Source: an uncultured Acidobacteriota bacterium
GTDB taxonomy: Bacteria > Acidobacteriota > UBA6911
Length of the DNA stretch: 64,000 nt
Direction: 5' to 3'
Assembly: GCA_963843575.1 (NCBI GenBank)
Contig: CAWJKZ010000025.1
Coordinates: 96,001-160,000 of the forward strand
Position 1 is the first letter of the stretch, and each line of letters starts with the position of its first letter. The notes beneath the pieces are model-generated. The model was not told the DNA's origin, did no database searches, and saw nothing but the letters and a program-made list of their open reading frames with translations. Below, in pieces: positions 61,910 to 64,000 of this stretch. The translations under genes were made by a program, and so were the position numbers.

Positions 61910-63436
61910 TCAACTCAGCGGGACCGATTGACCGGCTCGGATGTGGCAATCGTCGTAGGCCAGCAAGCCCGCCAACGACAGGAAGCCCGACAACAGGGCG
62001 ATCCCACGCCCGGACAGCGTACCCGAAAAGAGCAGGCAAAGCAGGTAAATGGGGAGGGCGGTGCCGAGAAGGACGCCTCCGGCCCAAAACCGCGCCGCGA
62101 GGGGGCCCGAGGTCAGGTACCGGACGGCACGCCGCACGCCGGGCCCGTGGCGCGGCAGCAGGATCTCCAGCAACACCGCGGTACCGTGGGCGCAAAGCCC
62201 TGCGAGGACGCACCGCAGCAGCAAGGTGGCCGCCACTCCCCCCGCACCCAGCATAAGGGCCGCACACGAAAGCAGGGCCGCCCCCGCAAGGAATGCCTGG
62301 ACGACTAAGTGGGGTATAAGCAGAGGCGAGGACCACAACTCGCGCCCGCGCGCCTGGCGGAGTAGGGCACCGGAGTAGCCTGCGGCCATCACCGCCAGAA
62401 CCAGGCCCGCCCAGAGCAGCGCGCCGGGCAGGGGCCGCAGCGGGGGATGCAGGCCCGCGGCGAGCCACGCGAGGGCGGTCCCGGAATAGGCGAGGAGGAT
62501 AAAAGCGCCCCAGACAAGCCACGACCGCAGGTTGCGGTGCGTCAGCACCTTCAGGAAGCGCTCCGGGCGCTCCAGGTCGGCGACGAGCAGCAGCACGGTG
62601 GCGAGCGTGAAGCCCAGGGCCAGCGTCGGGGCCAAGCGTTCGAACAGGGCCGAAACTCGCAGGAAACCCGACAGCGTCAGCAGCGCCCCGACCAGCAAAG
62701 GGCCCGCGGCCAGCGATTTCGTCCAGAGATACAGCGACACCAGGGTGCCCCAAGGTTTCTCGTGAGCGACGTCGTATGTCGTTCGGGCCGGAAGCGCCTC
62801 CTCAGATCGGTGCTCGGTCCGCAACTCCTCGCGCGGTCTTTCCGCCCAAAGATAGGCCAGGTCGCGCGGTGCCTCGAGCGGTCGCAACGCAGCCGGCTCC
62901 CCCCCGACATAGAACACCTTGGGCCGGGTGCGCATTTCAGGCTTGCGCACCAGAACGGGCAATGTGGCCTTGAGCTGCGCGATGCGGCTCGACGGGTCGA
63001 GGGTGTCCCCGGCCACGATGGCGAGCTCCGGGCAGACAGACACGCAGGCCGGTTCCAGCCCCACTTCGATCTTGTGCGCGCAATAGTTGCACTTCGCCGC
63101 CGTTTCCGTGTCGGGATCGATATAGAGGGCATCGTACGGACACGCCGCCATGCAGGACCTGCACCCGATGCAGTCCCTCCGGTCGAAGTCGACGATCCCG
63201 TCAGCTCGGTGGAACAGGGCGCGGGTGGGGCAGATGTTGACGCACGGGGCGTCCCCGCAATGGTTGCACCGCAAGACGGTGAAGGAGCGCCGCACGTCGG
63301 GGAAGACGTCCTTCTCCACGTATTTCACCCACGTGCGGAAACTGCCGAGTGCGACGTCGTGCTCCGACTTGCACGCCACCGTGCACGCGTGGCAGCCGAT
63401 GCAGCGCCGGTTGTCGATGACGAATCCGTATTCCAT
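61910..63436 (-). CDS. 4Fe-4S dicluster protein fused to NrfD/PsrC-type membrane anchor
   Basis: 'CIGCHACTVAC', 'CNHCGDAPC', 'CIGCRSCMAAC', 'KCNYC', then 'PWG..V..YL', 'DLERPERF', 'SWLVWG'. Confidence 0.92.
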   Translation of the reverse strand: MEYGFVIDNRRCIGCHACTVACKSEHDVALGSFRTWVKYVEKDVFPDVRRSFTVLRCNHCGDAPCVNICPTRALFHRADGIVDFDRRDCIGCRSCMAACPYDALYIDPDTETAAKCNYCAHKIEVGLEPACVSVCPELAIVAGDTLDPSSRIAQLKATLPVLVRKPEMRTRPKVFYVGGEPAALRPLEAPRDLAYLWAERPREELRTEHRSEEALPARTTYDVAHEKPWGTLVSLYLWTKSLAAGPLLVGALLTLSGFLRVSALFERLAPTLALGFTLATVLLLVADLERPERFLKVLTHRNLRSWLVWGAFILLAYSGTALAWLAAGLHPPLRPLPGALLWAGLVLAVMAAGYSGALLRQARGRELWSSPLLIPHLVVQAFLAGAALLSCAALMLGAGGVAATLLLRCVLAGLCAHGTAVLLEILLPRHGPGVRRAVRYLTSGPLAARFWAGGVLLGTALPIYLLCLLFSGTLSGRGIALLSGFLSLAGLLAYDDCHIRAGQSVPLS

Positions 63437-63495
63437 TCTGGGCGGGAGTCTAACCGGAGGGAGGGGCAAAAAACAAGAACCGGCGTCCCGGCATG

Positions 63496-63629
63496 TGGAG
63501 TGCGGCGGCTCGACGCCGCTTTGGCGGTGGCGCATCGGCGCCACCACGGGCCGGAGACGCGGCGCCGAGGCGCCGGGCATTCCGGCCCTGGGAGCCGTGC
63601 AAAAGCGGCGCCGAGGCGCCGCACTCCAA
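63496..63629. repeat. REP doublet (TGGAGTGCGG.../...CCGCACTCCA family)
   Basis: TGGAGTGCGGCGGCTCGACGCCGCTTT (from 63496) and AAAGCGGCGCCGAGGCGCCGCACTCCA (to 63628) in inverted orientation. Core GGCGCCGAGGCGCC also at 63561, 45159 and, reversed, at 19483. Confidence 0.8.
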
Positions 63630-63636
63630 AGGGCCC

Positions 63637-64000
63637 TCAGAAGGGAGGCGAGGCACTGTGGTAAGGAGGGGTCTGCCGGATGACGCCTCCCGCGCCCACC
63701 ACGACATCGACCCTGGCAAGCTCACGGTTGATGAGCTTCGCCCGGCCCGAAGAACCGTTGCCGGTGGCCACAACATTCCCCGTGGGCGTGAAACTCACGT
63801 AGCCGCCCGGAAAGGTGATCCCCGCCCCTGAATCCACGCTGTTCCATGTCACGTTCGGAGGGAGCGTGAAAGGTCCGGCGATGACGTTCCCCGCGCTCGA
63901 TTCCACCTGGAAGATATTGCCTGAAGGGAAAGAGACACGGAACGACTCGTTGCTGCTCACGGATTTCATGCGTGCGAACTGCATTTGGCTGGTCACCGCC
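63637..64000 (-). CDS. GspH/FimT-type pseudopilin (3' part; start outside window)
   Basis: 'TSQMQFARMKSVSSN...RVSF' helix, 'VSFTPTG', 'VVVGAGGVIR'. Confidence 0.65.
   Translation of the reverse strand, partial: AVTSQMQFARMKSVSSNESFRVSFPSGNIFQVESSAGNVIAGPFTLPPNVTWNSVDSGAGITFPGGYVSFTPTGNVVATGNGSSGRAKLINRELARVDVVVGAGGVIRQTPPYHSASPPF

Overview
GC-rich bacterial chromosomal segment. The gene content (Oar-like TonB receptor, VWFA-related protein, CRTAC1/ASPIC-UnbV plus multiheme-TPR pair) suggests Acidobacteriota; this is an inference. About 48 CDS are present: TCA genes (sdhCAB, mdh, icd), cstA with a small YbdD/YjiX partner missing from the ORF track, a Tat-exported xanthine-dehydrogenase-family operon, a corrinoid protein/DUF1638/RACo module, a GH130 phosphorylase, a hybrid kinase, feoB with a DtxR-like regulator, a Cu-type P1B ATPase, and a molybdoenzyme with a ferredoxin-NrfD fusion. 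No rRNA, tRNA, CRISPR array or transposase was seen. Many single-base frameshifts in housekeeping genes point to an unpolished long-read assembly. The best candidate for hidden biology is a split ORF at 50059-51480 (-) that reads through an in-frame TGA in a C-G-[TGA] motif followed by a SECIS-like hairpin. It would encode a membrane-anchored UshA-like selenoprotein fused to a tetraheme cytochrome c. Also notable: three copies of a ~240-bp structured MITE, several REP-like families, a candidate antisense-strand sRNA beside the corrinoid genes, leaderless promoters and a DUF1080 gene remnant.
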